Below are positions 12,401 through 27,400 of a stretch of DNA of 64,000 bases, one piece after another. Under the pieces are notes generated by a model. That model was not told the origin of the DNA. It ran no database searches and was given only the letters and a program-made list of their open reading frames with translations. A program made the translations under genes and the position numbers. Origin of the DNA: Owenia fusiformis (taxonomy: Eukaryota). The stretch spans positions 42,904,001 through 42,968,000 of the forward strand of contig CAIIXF020000001.1 in the NCBI GenBank assembly GCA_903813345.2, read 5' to 3'. Position 1 is the stretch's first letter; each line of letters begins with the position of its first letter.

Positions 12401-15400
12401 TATTTCTATAAAATGTTTGTTCACTTACATCTAGATATGCAGACATGGTCATGTATATCTTCTCACCATAAGGGGTGACTCGATTCAAGAGGGGGGAGTT
12501 ATGTAGCGAACTATCCCATGCTGCTTCAAACCGGAAGAATATTCTGAAAACAAAGTCATATTGCACAATGATTAACTTATAATGATACAAATGGTGCAAT
12601 GCTAATCTTTTTAAAGTGCAACACTAATGACATGGTTTCATTCATTAGTGGGAGCCACAATAGTTCAGATGCTCTCTGGTTATAAACTTCCATGCGACAT
12701 TTAGGTGTCAGTTTCCATGTGACATTTAGATGGCAACTTCCATGTGACATTTTAGTGACACCTTCCACGTGGCATTTAGATGCCAAGATCCATATGACAT
12801 TTTGGTGCCAACTTCCATGTGATATTTTGGTGCCACCTTCCATGTGACATTTTGGTGTCACCTTCCATGTGACCCACCAATACACTGTCATGTGATTTCT
12901 TCAACAATCTATATTGTGTAGCAGAGACATGTGAAGTTCTTACATACCTTTCATCATTCGGTTTAATCATGTAGTGTGCTGGTAGAAGATTTAGAGACAA
13001 GACAGAGTTCTCCGTGTCTTCTTCTTTCCAGTCTGGTGTATTCCTGATTCTCCCAACCACCACTTCCTTCACATCACGCCATATAAGGTCAGGCCCGTTC
13101 TCGTGTACGATGGTGATACATATACGTCTCTGTATGCCCTGGTGGAACATGAAGCTTCCAGCGCATGGCATATCATCACTATGGTCCACCACTGATGGCA
13201 AATACCTGGAAAGGAAAATAACTGTCTTAAAATATCGAATGTAAGAAAAAGTACAGAGTGAATGTGTTGAGTAATTTGAGTTCTAGCCAAGTATTGTTTC
13301 CATTTCCCAATAATAGTGACCTAATTAGGACTCTGTTAGTTTATACTCATTCAGGGCCAGCTAGGGCCATTATGCCTTGGGACTAAAACTTCTTTTACAC
13401 CAGGGTTATGCATTTACAGTATGTGTTATTATTGTGGCTCATGGTTTTTTCATACCTTATCACAACTATCACCCTTAAGTTATTTGACTGGACAAGGACA
13501 ATCATGGAAATGACACTTAAAATGAAAAGAAGTGGCTGATAAGAATACTTAGCAGATTTCTGTTGTGAGCTAAGATGGTGAAAGAACTTACTCTCCATTT
13601 GGGGCTAATTCACAGATTTCAAACCACACCAGGGCGTCATACTTGGCATGTACATGACTTGTGCTGCAAAATAAAATAATAAACGATTAAAGCTTTTCAC
13701 ATCTCTTAAATATTGTCCAAGATAGATGAAAATGGAATAAATTGGCTCAATGATATTAGACCAACATGGTGAACAGAAATAGTAGAAATACCATTCTCTA
13801 GTCAGAGTCCAATACTGATAACTAAAGGTTCACATATTCTTGGCCCAACCCATATAATGTTTATTAAAATATACATGGATTTGACCTCTCTAAGGAACAA
13901 TTCAATAAAACTAATCAGTGATAGCAATATCTATTAACTGTGATAGTAATATATATTAGTTGTGATATCAATATCAGTTGTGATACCAATATCTATTTGT
14001 TGTGATCACAATGTGAAAAATTTTTCTGAAATATTAAACAGGCCCAGTACAATCACCGAGACCTACAAATGCATGTTTTACAGTAATTAATTCAAGATGT
14101 GCTTTATAACTTCATATGAAATACAAACTATAAAGTAACTCTTCAAAATGTTATGAAAACATTTTCATAACAAAATGTTGCAGCTACGAAGGTACAATTT
14201 TATTTCTTCCATTCCTTCGAGACGTAGGCAGAATCTCAACGATGTTTTTGACAATGATGCCGACACAAGTTTGTATCAAAAAGATCATGAAGACTACAAT
14301 TCATGAAATTGTGAAACAAGAAAAATTGTACCTTCAAAGCTGCAACATTTTGTTACAAAAACAGATCCATTTCCGTATCTCATGTAGTTTGAAGAGTTAC
14401 TCCACCGTGATACAGATTAAAATGCTTGACACACAATTCATTCAAGATTAAAACACAGAGGCATTGTTAGTATCAGCATATTGCTAAAACACATCAATCA
14501 AGTAAAAAAACCAAGTCAATCCATCCGATATATCTTACTATTAACCAGGGGTTTGCTTGAAGCAGCTTTCGCGAGATCATAATGTATATGTATGTTGTTT
14601 TGAGTTATCATTATTGTCCTTTTGTGTGACATTTGCCACAGAAAGCAAAATTCTAATGAAAGCCTCAAAATGCATCTTAGCAAATCTTTACATTAGACCT
14701 ACAGCATCGACCAATTCCTCATGACATGCTTCCTGAGGCCTATTTCTAATCAAGAAAAATATTTCTGACATGCTCCCTGGAGCCATTTCATAATTATGGA
14801 AAATATTTCTGTTATGCTCAATGGTTATGAAATTATGAAAAATATTTCAGAATCTCTCTCTGGAGCCTATACATAATCATGGAAAATATTTCAGGCATGC
14901 TCCCTAGAGCCTTTCAAATGCTCATGTAAAATATTTCAGGTATGCTCCCTGAAGTCTATTCATAATAATAATCAAGGCAATTATTTCAGGCATGCTCCCT
15001 ACAGCCTATTCATAATCATTGAAAATATTTCAGGCATGCTCCCTAGAGCACATCAATGCTCAGGTAAAATATTTCAGGTATGCTCTCTGAAGCCTATTCA
15101 TAATCATGGCAAATATTCCAGGCATGCTCCCTACAGCCTATCAATACTCAGGTAAAATGTTTTAGGTATGCTCCCAGGAGCCTACTTAATCATGGCAAAT
15201 ATTTCAGAATGCTCCCTACAGCCTATTTAAAATCACTGAAAATATTTCAGACATGCTCCCTAGAGCCTTTCAATAATCAGGGAAAATATTTCAGGTATGC
15301 TTTCTGTAGCCTATTCATAATCATGGAAAATATATCATCAAAGCAAAGCAACACTCCAAATATTTATTAAAGTTAGTTTAATGTACAATGAAGCCCTACA

Positions 15401-18400
15401 CCAAAAATCAACAAAAACAAAATAAAATCGTACATGTATGAACTCCTTGGCAGACAAATTGTGTCTCGGCCTCTATGACTGAAATATAAACATTTACTTT
15501 AAATAATTCAGGATTTGTAAAAATAAGACTGTTTTAAAAATCATGAAGAATTTAAAATTTTATTTTCTTTGAAACTACATGCCATAATACATAGTACATG
15601 TGTGTCTTAAAACTACAATGTACACAAAATGACTATGATTACTACATCCATGTAAACATAAGATACATGTAGGCTGATTATTATGTACTAATAATATGTA
15701 TGAGTCATAAGAATTTATAATTGTTTTAGCATATTAAACATTTCTTCTGAAGCAAGTATTTTCCAGGTTTTTACAGAATCCTTTTAATTCTCAACTTATC
15801 ATAAATCAAACTTGAAAGTCAATAGTCTTAGTGCATTAGTACTTATGTCAAAATCACACAATACAAGGCAAGAGGGTCTAGAGGGAATATAACTAGTGAT
15901 ATACAACTATAATAATGTATAAGTAAATAAACTAAGTATAATTTACTCCCCAAATGATCAGGAATAAAGCAGGGTATAATGTAGGTGTAAGTGAGGAACA
16001 ACCCACTAGTAATCTGCCATCTATACAAGTCCAAACACTTTCACGATGACACATTTTCAGAGAAAAAGCCAGTGTGAATGCATTCCAATTTTTCTGTTCT
16101 TCTTTTCAGGAAAAGGTGGCACAAATCAGCTTACATTATATTGTTCAGAAATTTTAAATTGACAAACACCTCAGAGGTGACAAATACTTGAGACATGTCA
16201 GTACAGATGCTTTATTGTTGTTCTGTACCAAACCTCCATTCTGTTTGTTTTCCCAAAGAGCTCTCCAATACAGAATAGAGCTTTAAAAAAGTGCAGTGTA
16301 AACTTACCTCAGTGGTGTGATGATCCCTAGTTTGGGGGAGGGTACAGGGATTGAGATTGGTATACTCTGTGGAAATGTTCTGTGTGGGGGTCGCTGGGTG
16401 CTAGAAAGGTTGGAAAATATCGATAAGAACCTATGTATAATCAGTGAGAATTGAGAAAGTGCAGCTTATTATATGGTAATCTTATTCTAGACACATGTCC
16501 ATTCTCCACCCATGGATGTGTGGTTTACTACCTGTAGCTGATATGCATGGTACGTGGGTTTATATCAACATTCTTGACCTGATTAGCATTGTTCTCAAGA
16601 GATCTAACTGCTCCTTCTCTAAGTTAATAAAAATTCATGAAAAAGAAACATTTGTATTAGAATCTGGTCCTATCTGATTGTTTAGAAGTATCTACAGTAT
16701 ATTGGAATTCAACAGACCCATTAGGATGAACATTTTATATTTTGGATAATATTTCTTTGAGACTTCTTTTTTGTTATTTTTACATTTAGAAGAGTTTGAA
16801 ATTTATTACAACTTTGGTTGAAACGCAATATCCCAAAACATTAAAGGTTATGTAAATATATTTTGGACCTACTTTTAAAACTAAATTACAGACCAGTTAT
16901 CATGTAAAAATATAAGCTGACCCAGATCAAATCTGAAGGCTCTAGGCCTTTGGGCAAGACTTATATCATAGTACACAGCAAATATTTTTGTACTTACAAA
17001 CTAGCGGGCACTTCCCGAGCCTGATCATGCAGAGGGTGTAGCTGGTAGTGTCCAAACACCTCAAACACGATTGGCTGACACTTAACATAATCGAGAAATG
17101 CCTTGGTGACTGTCACAGTGAACTGAAAGTATATATCACAGTGTAACATTATATAGCTTTTAATATGATATGGTTGAATAAGCACTCTGAGGGAGTACAT
17201 GTATATTTCATATAAGGGGAGTAAAAAAGACTCAAAAAAGCTCTATAAAAGGCCAAAACATGGTTTACCACAACTCATATTTGCTTTATATTCGTATTGG
17301 CATTTACTGAGGTAAAAATAAAGATAAAAATAAAGAAAACACATTTCTAGAATCTGCAATAGCATTTGGTTTACACTGAACAAGATTGATTTACTTAGTC
17401 TCACACATATATTCAAATGTATCACACAGAAAAATGGCAAAACTAAATGGTAATTAATGCAAATGAAGCTTGTTCCCAGAGTTCAACTCACATTTTGCAC
17501 ATGGTAGAAGCCCAGGGGAGGTCCTTTCCCAGTGTTCTTCAGGGGTTCTGTGGAAAATGCCTCATCATAACGGTGAAGAAAACTGTAAGAGATACTCAGC
17601 ATCAAACAAACCAGTAAGTCAATGTCAGTTAAGTTAAAAATCATTAAAAGCAGTTATCAAATATATAAAACTGATGGGTCTTTCCTCATGTGCAATCATT
17701 CAATCAAAATATTGATGAAGTAGTACAAGAAATAAAGGACTTAACACAATGAAAAAAAAAGCTTTCCCAATCAAAAACATTAATCCAGGTTGTGATTTAT
17801 GTGATTATTCAGTTATTCAGTTTTTTATTATTGTAAACAAATGCTAGAAGATGGCTTACTTGAACTGGCAGAAGATGTCAGCATATTCAGGTGAGATTCC
17901 TGACGCTTGGAGAACTGTGACGCGGAATGTAAACTGTTCACCAAGCTTTAAGTGATTGGGTAAGTCTGTCTCATTGATATCTGGGATCTCACATGTGCCA
18001 AGCTTTCCTTTCTCTGTGTCCGTTTTATCCTCTGTAAAAATAAAACAGATATATGAGTATTATGGACACCCTTTGTGTCATTTGGAAAACCTTGCACAAT
18101 AGCTAACTGGATGCATGTTTTATTGTAAAAGAATGACAACTCTAAAGCAGAGATCATTTGTATCTTCAGATTGAGGGATCAGCTGGTATAATCTCAAAGG
18201 ATCATAAATAAAATCTCTGATTTAGCAATCCATTTTGTAAATTTTTGAATCATTTTTCAAATATTATACAAAATAAATCTACAGTTTAAGCAATTTCTTA
18301 AGACAATCCCTACCTTCAGCTTTTGCCTCAGCCTCTGGATCATCCCGACTCTCTCCCTCAACAACACGAAGATCTTCTGACTCCTGGCCAGCTGCCTCAA

Positions 18401-21400
18401 ACTTTACCATGCCAGACTTCTACAATATGAATTTGGATTAAATCAGCACTTTACTCATTCATTCATTCAACATAACAATTTGTTATGCAGAATGTACTTG
18501 TGTTTCTGAGTCTCTTATTAATACAAGCACTTACACATAATTAATTTGAATTAATAAGAATCCTTTAAGCATAAGCATGGCTCCATTGTCGAAATAACAA
18601 CTATGTTCATAGTTCTAATAATAGGTTTTTAATATCGACTAATTTTTTATACAAAATATAGCAACAACAATGTTTTTTGCACTATCAGATACCTTTTTAA
18701 AATATTCCTCATCATTGAAAGCAATCTTTGCATTTCCAGACTGTTTAACTCCAGCAGGTGTGTTCTCCTCCATATCTATAAATTACAATATAATATGTCA
18801 AATATTATAATGCCTAACATTCTAAAATTTTAATCTGTTACATTACTATGATACGAATTGTATCAACTTTGCCACCATGAATCTGCAATTTTGAACCCTT
18901 GATATACACAAATCATTTGTAAGATTGTGACTTCTTATTAAATTTCTGAATTTAATTCCTATTTTAGGTTCCTTCGCTTTGTGACAATTTCTTATTTAAA
19001 TCCACCTTGTAATATTTTAACAAGTTTATAAAATATGAATTTTTGAATTTAATTCCTATTTTAGGTTCCTTCGCTTTGTGACAATTTCTTATTTAAATTC
19101 ACCTTGTAATATTTTAACAAGTTTATAAAATATGAAATAAAGCACATGCAACAAATTGCCTATTTTGTTCAATTTATGATGTTATATAATTGAAATTACT
19201 TTGATAATTTCTCAAGATAATCTTAAGACTAACCAGTAACAGCCTGCACGGTAACTCGTAGGAAACCTTTAACATCTCCTTTCTCACTCACTATGGCAAC
19301 ACGGTGGATCAACGGAACTGGGTAAACAAGGTTGCTCATATATACAAACCCTCTGGAAAAGTAAGAAAACATTACAAAAGGTTACACATTTCATATTTTT
19401 TACAATTGTGTGTCAAAAGTGTATCATTTTGATTGATTTGGCTTCATCGTGTATTCCCTGTGAACTAACAATGAAAATGATAAGCACACTCTTAGGGGAT
19501 AAATATTTATTGTTTATATTGTCCATTTTGTAATCAAGAACAGTGATCTCCCCAGCATTAAAGCAAGTGGGCGCAGCACCCACCTGAGATTTTGAAAATA
19601 GGCTTGCACCCATCTTAAAATCCATTTGCACCCACTTGAAAATGAGAAAAAATGAGAAAATCATGAAAAATTGGCATATTTTGACCAATTGTCTGAGTTG
19701 TGAAAATGAAAATTTTGCACACACCTGAGAAAAAATCCTAGGGAGATAACTGAAGAGTTATTTGAATAAATCTTCAAGACAATCATTCAAAGGACATTTC
19801 TATTTTCCAATTGAACTGTTGTACATGACAGCATATAAAAAATATGAGTTGGCAATACCTTCCTACAAGACGGAACCATGGAAATCGGTCATAAAAGGGG
19901 TCACCACCAGTGATGCTATCAATGTCACGACATGGCAAGGGAGATGTTGGCGAGAGCTCAGCCTCATTCTGATACATCTCACGCATCAGCTCAAGTCTTT
20001 GTCTGGAAAATTGAACAACATTCATAACTAATTAAAAAGTAAAAAATAGCCCATTTCATCGATTGTTTGGTGAAATGTTTGTCATAGTTGATAATTAGTA
20101 ATTGTTAGATGGAACACAGTGTGTGATTTAATGTAACACAGGTGAAACACAATCTTAATGTTAGACCATATTAAGCATATACATTCATAACAAGGTATGT
20201 TTCTATTCTCAAAATGATAATTTTCTCTCCTTTCCCCTTCATTTATCTCTGCGAATTCCATGTCCAACTGAATAAATTTTAGTGACAGTTAAATTATATT
20301 TTATTGCAAAGTATAAGCTGGAAATATAACTGTGTGGTATTCAATAATATAGCTTAATTGTGGTGATGCATTCAATTTTGCAAACCAAGATATTTTTATT
20401 ATTTGATGCGAAAATCGAGCATTTTGATTTTCCATAGACAAGGGGAACAATAGAAATTGGTCCTATACGATAGGGCAATGATATGCCTCAGTGTAATTGT
20501 CTTAAAACAGTTAGGAAATATACAACATATGACAGTATACTCTCATATATACTGTATAAGCACTGGTCCCCATCTGGTTCAAAAGACGTTAAATCTACAA
20601 CAAAATCCATGAACTTCCACTGGAGGAAATTTTTATTTTCACCAAGAAGGAGGTTGACTTGTATCCAAATATTTTACCCATATCGTATTAATAGTAACAT
20701 TCGTCATGAGTATATACATCCAAGGGCACCATTAATCAAGCGAGAAACCCCTTGCTTTAGCAACCAGGATGTTAACACAACGCAACTAAGATTTTTGAAA
20801 TTCACCAGATAAATCTGTAAAAATATTTGGACACAAATCAACCTCTTTATTGGTGAAAATGATGAAAATGAAGATTTCCCCCAACAGAAGTTCATCCATT
20901 TTGTTATTTAGCTCTTTATAACCAGGTGGGGACCAGTGAAGGCCATGCTTTTTCTAACTAATATTATCACACTTAAAGTAATAACAACAGAAATCTTGAA
21001 TTCAAAAATAATAATTTATACATTAAGCAAATCAAGTTTGCATAATTATAACAAATTAATTAATTTAATTCAATTATATCAATGCATAAAAAAGGAAGCC
21101 AATGTAAATCAAACTAGCTACTTTTGAAACCAATACTTGCAATAAATAGCCTACTTATCTTTATAGATAGTAACATTCATATTGTATACATTGTTTATAT
21201 CAATCAAATTATGAATCGATCCAAACAAGAAGCAGAGAATTCAAACACATGTAGAGATGATAGGGATGAACTTATCATATCAAAGATGCATTCTATCACT
21301 AAATCAGATCTGTAAGATAAGACTCACTAAATTGACTCACAATTTTTTCTTAATATACGTATTCATTTATAGTAAATGTAGACCACAGTGTTTAGTGTTA

Positions 21401-24400
21401 AGTTGAAACAGAATATAGTATATATCATACTGCGTAAAATTGTAACATTTGAATCAAATTTTTTGAATCAAAATAATTTTCTCATTGAGTGGGAACAATG
21501 TGAGTTGACTGAGTGAGAGTCTTACTATATTGCAGTTTAGCCACACGTACATAAAAACAGAATTGCAGGGTGCAAAGATAAAACTGGGAGAACTGTATTA
21601 TAGCCAACCTTGAGGGTAACAAGTTAGTAAAGTTGAAATAATTCTGGCTACAAGCCGTCAAACATTCCAAGAAATCTTTAGAGGCTTCTGGTGTATCGGG
21701 AGAAATGTCTTCGTTGTAAACCTTTCGCATGTGGTCCAACCTATCCCTATAGGCAGCATATAAAGAGAGACCTTCAAACTATCATTCATATCTATTGCAG
21801 TTAGAGTCCCACTTTTGCAGTTAAAGTCCCACTTTTGCAGTTTAAGTCCCACTTTTGGAGTTAAGAGTCCCACTTTTGCAGTAAAAAATCCCACTTTTGC
21901 AGTAAAGAGTCCCATTATCAGGACTAATCCAAATTATGTAACCTTCATGTCCAACAGATCAAATATTCTGATGATTTTGTTTTTTGGGCAGCCAACTTTC
22001 AAGGTTTCTGACAGAAAGTGATGTCTTATGTTAAACAAAGTTATGCTTTTGAAAGTATAGGAAAACTAACAAAAACTGATCCTAAACAAACAAAAATCAA
22101 CAAATATGTTGAAATCCCACATTAAGGGAAAATTCAATACCAGGTATTGTAGCACCCTTGTCCACATTTTTTTTAATCTTTTTATTATCATACTTCTATA
22201 TAACCCAAATTTAAGGTGGTGACATCACTTCCTGCTAAAGATGACGACAACCATGTTACTTAAACATTATGAAATCTCTCACAATTCAATGGAAATAATA
22301 ATTTTCTTGCAGCATTGAGAAAATACACAAAATGCAATTCTAGGAAAATCTCATTTACAATTCAAACATGTAAGGCATTTTTTAAGGTCTCATTCCGACC
22401 TTTCAAATAATACTTACAATAAAAAAATTCAAACCCTTCATTGCCACACCTTTATATAACTCTATACGGAGAAATAAGAAACTGAGAAACTATGGGCACA
22501 TGGTGAAAAAAACATGGGCTTCCATAAAATGGATATAAGCATTGAACTGACAGACAGACAGACGAACAAGGTGATTCCATAAGTTGAATCAATAATTTAA
22601 ACTCACACCAGCCCAAAAAAATTTTGTTTTAGTACTCAAAATATTTTCATATTTTGTCATAACTCTCTGAATAATTTATTCATAAATATATATTTCTACA
22701 TCTTACTAAAATGTTAGTAAAATTCTTATTCATGTTGGATGAAGCCGGATTACACCACATAGTCGTATTAAAACTTCCATATGCGTTATATTATCATATA
22801 TCTTATAGACAATCATTTACAGAGGCCAGGGAGTCCAGTCATAAAATGTACTGAAATAAATTTCCTTGTGTTACGGCCATCATTCGCCCATCTCTATCTT
22901 TGAACCGTAACACATTTTGAAGCTTTGTCCTGTTTTTGTATGAGCTCAAAGACCACGTGAGGCGCCACCTGACTACGGGTACTTGAGTGACATCATTGAA
23001 TGTAGAGTCTCAGTATTAAGGTAGTTCACAATTACTTATACATGGAAAAATATGATTTCGAATTTACTCTTTTAAAATACAGTTTATAGTTCAAATCTGG
23101 ATTATATGCTGGCCTATAGGGTTGGAACTCATGCCTTTAGATGAACAAGAAATAATGAAAGTATTTAAAACCCTAAGTGCGAAACGTAACAAACAGTGTT
23201 TTAGTTATTTTAATGAAATTCTCATACCACTGATATATTAAAAGATTAAAAGATGACAACATATTCTCAACAAACTTGTTTCAAACTTGACAAAATGACT
23301 AATTTAGCCAATGGTTGATTTGAAAAAAATGTTGATTCATCAATGGTTGACTAAATGAAGGGGGTTGATAAAATGTTGGCTTGATCAATTGTTGACTTAA
23401 CATCAGGTTGGCTTGACAGAGGATTGACTTAAAAAGGTTGGCTTATATGAGTTGGCTCGGCAAATGTCGGCTTGGCTATAGATTATTAACTTGACAAAAA
23501 GTATACTGGCTTGACTAATGCTTGATTTGAACAATATAGCACTTTGAAAGTGTGACAAAAAAGATTGGCTTATGTGAGTTGACTTGGCAAATGTTGGCTT
23601 GACTATAGATTATTACCTTGACAAAAAGTATACTGGCTTGACTAATGCTTGATTTGAACAATATAGCACTTTTTCAAAGTGCGACAAAAAAGATTGGCTT
23701 ATGTGAGTTGACTTGGCAAATGTTGGCTTGGTAAATGTTGGCTTGGCAAATGATTATACCTTGATAAAAAAATATACTGGCTTGACTAATGCTTGATTTG
23801 AAAAAAGCAGGCTCAACTATTGTTGATTATATAAGAAAACATAGAGAAATATTATGTAGACAAGACAAACTATAAAGAACAGTAAAAGTTGTCATAGTTA
23901 AAGAGGTTTGAATGTTAGCTATTTCCTAATAGTAAGTAGACTATTTTACAAGTATCTACAAGTAAACATTCACTAGATTTGTGTCTTGAATGTATGGATT
24001 AGGGATACCACAAAAGCAAATCAAATTTGATATTGTGGCACCCCTAAAATTCTGTGATATGGACAGAACATGCATGAAGAGATGAAAACACTTAATGCTC
24101 AACATATTCTTCCAACATGCTTGTTCTGAGCCATTTCTGCCTAGTACTTCTCTATGTACTACAATATTTCCTCTTAGGCATGGATTTTTTACTTCATATG
24201 CATACAGATTCACTAAGGTACTACTGCGATATAAGGCATGAGTTCCTCCCCTGCCCACAAATTTAAAACCATGCAGTAATTCGAACCAATCAGATGATTG
24301 CTCAGTTTTTTCAAATGATAAACAAGTCATAAAGAACAATTACACTCTATCCCATCTAATGTTTCAAAATGATATTTCAGGAAAATATTAGTAAATTAAT

Positions 24401-27400
24401 CTATGAACAAGTATGAAATAGTAGAAACAGTAATTGATACACACCTTAATTTTTCGAGACACCAATAATGAGTAGCGCCATTCTTTAAATCCTGGACTTG
24501 GACTGCAACAATTGTTTTAGGGAATGGTCTGGTATCATCCCGACCCTCAGGGGGAAGAAGATCTGCGGGAAGTGGGGAGTACAGGGTGTCTGTTAACAGA
24601 ACAAACTGAAACTGGACCTACAAAAACAAAAAAGTCAAAATCTTGTTTTTTGTATTTATTCAAATCTGTTTCAGTAAGTCACAGAAATTGATATTTGTGT
24701 AAATAAATGGACTTAACTTCAGGTCCTGATATTCAGAAACAGATATCCTTTTATATCATCATATGATTCTAGCACATTTTTGTTATAGTATGTAAACTAG
24801 ATTCAAATAGATACATTCAGTAACTGATCCCCAAATGGGCATCTTTATATTGGCCATAACTACTGATTTTCACTATACCTAGCTTGTGATTCTTATAGTT
24901 TAGAAGAAAGCCAGGGGGGATTGTTTTGGAGTATATACAATGTTTTATTGCAAAATATGTTGGTCTGATGTGTTCTGATGAAGATTAGACAAATATGCAG
25001 TAATGTTACCTTGAGCAATTTTTTCTGAATTTGCAATATTCCATAAGTAGGGATTTTAAGAATCTAGTTTTAAGAACTTATATACTTGCTTTTACATGGT
25101 TCTAGTGATTTCATGTCATATTTACATGATTAGCTTTGAACTGAACCGTAAAACTGATAAAAATTAATGCCGTGATTAAGTGCTGAGTCAGCGGTAATAG
25201 TTATTTTTCTCATTTCAATTGATTTTACATATCTAATCAATTTACAACCATAAATTTGGACTTGGATGGTCAAATCTTAATGTTTCAAAGAACAAGGTTA
25301 CTCTTTTAACAAAGATGTCAACTTTATTTGAAATATAATATGCTGATGTCAGCAAAATACTTCATCAAATTTGTAAAGCAGTCAGTTTCGCCACCAGGTG
25401 GCTGATTTGGGGGAAATAACATGGCAGGGTATTACAAAATTCCTTTAAACTTGAATATTCATCAGTTTTAGTGGTTCACTTTTCACATTACCCTTATGTA
25501 TGTGATAGTTATACAAATTAAAATATGTCCAGTAAGAGAAAATATTATCTGCCCAACACAAGAAAAGATATTTCACTTTTTGTGGTTTTACAATATGGGG
25601 TCTATTGGGAATCTCCCCGACCTAGAAGTCACATTTTCTCAGAAAAATAAATTTTCATAATTGATAAACTCTTTGCAAAACCACATTTCTAGATGTAATT
25701 TTACATGTAGATTCCAAATATGACATCAGTTTGAGGTAAATCAAGATTATTTCTACTCGCATCTAGGATATTGGCCCTAGAAGCTCTAAGGGAGGGGGGG
25801 TGTACAAAAGGCCCTCACAGTTAAGGTTTTCTCTAAAACTTTCTAAAGGCATCAGGTAGAATCTTCAATTCCTCGGTAGCTTGAGCTAGAGATACAACAA
25901 ATGTATTACGAAAAAATCAGCAGAATTGTATGTAGGGTAATTAATTTATTATGATGAAATCATCAGCTCCAAGAGACAAAACCTTATTATTATATAAACT
26001 GAGAATCACTAATTCACGTTCAAACCGGACAAATATATCTTAGATCTAGTACGTTCAGAACAAACATGGGAAAATACCCTATAAAGAAGACAGGGTCAGA
26101 CCTTTGGAACACTTTACCTCATAAAATTACTCATTCTAATACTCTTTCCACCTTCAAAAAATTAAGATTACACTTGCTCAACAATTAACATCATTACTTT
26201 AAGAAAGAATCAGATCTAGCGAGCAGCCTAACAAAAAATTGTTTCAATTTTCGAATATTTCTGGCTTATGTCATTCCTTTTCATGTCTATGAGGGTTGTC
26301 CCAGAAGTAATGCACTATATGCTCTAACTTTCTTTAATATTCTTCATATTCAGCTGAAATTTTGTGTATATTACAATTGAAGTTTTATCTATTATATCCT
26401 GAATTTTCAGCATCATTATTAAGTCTTAATATGGTTGCTATAGCAACATGTGGGTAGGGGTGGGTGGGGCAGGTACCAATTTCTCTTATGAAAATATCCA
26501 AAGTGTTATTTTATAAATATTTCTTTCTTTTAAAAGATCAAAATGTTTGGAAAATTGTTAAAGGATGAGTCTGGGAATGAGTCTGGGTATCGACTTAGAA
26601 AATATTGAAAATTTTAATGTCTGAAAAACCAACTCAATCACACATATTATTAAACTTCAATATCTTATCCTTCTTCTGAGAGTACAAAAATATCAATTTG
26701 TATCACAATTAATGAAGAATATTGGCATCAAAGACAGAATTGAAAAAAAATCAATGGCAAATATTTAATGAATTATTTATACAAAAGGTTTGAAACATAT
26801 CCCCCAAATCATTGCTTACTTTCTTTGTATAGACATTGAATGGTATTTCTGGATAAGTGAATTGATATTTATCTGGGAAATCAAGGGATTATAGTCACTC
26901 AAAGTTACTGAGCGTCCAGATTTGAGACTTCAATTGTGTTGGTGAAGTTACACATATTTCAGTCAAATTCATGCTGAGCACAACATTTTGGTTTCAATTT
27001 TATAATCTGTATACTAGCGCAGTCAGATGTCCCTTTGGTAGTTCGACTTTTTCAGGAAAGCAACAAACTTGGCACAGTTGTAGAAACATATGATCTGAAT
27101 GAAAAATGATTTCGGGGCAAGTGATTCAGGGTGGTCTTCATGGATTGTAAGCCTCTGACCCCCACCCCTATCAGGCAGGGAGGGGGTACATTATAATAAA
27201 ATAAATAAAAATAGTTGTAAAGTATATTTCCCTAAATGACTTCATTTGGTGATTGCTTTGAGCCTTGAAATTGAGAAAAACCTATTTTAGAAGTGGTGTT
27301 TAGGAAGGAAAATACATTTTAACCCAATTATCTAGCGTGAATTCATCTTTCAAAGGGTCAAATATGGGACATAAAGTACTGTATTTCAAGAATGTGATGT

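Noticed and set aside
12577..12891. 104-aa repetitive ORF
   Set aside because: Translation of the 25-bp intronic minisatellite
14720..15335. CRISPR-like repeat array
   Set aside because: Units are contiguous and degenerate with no unique spacers or cas genes, and the context is eukaryotic intron
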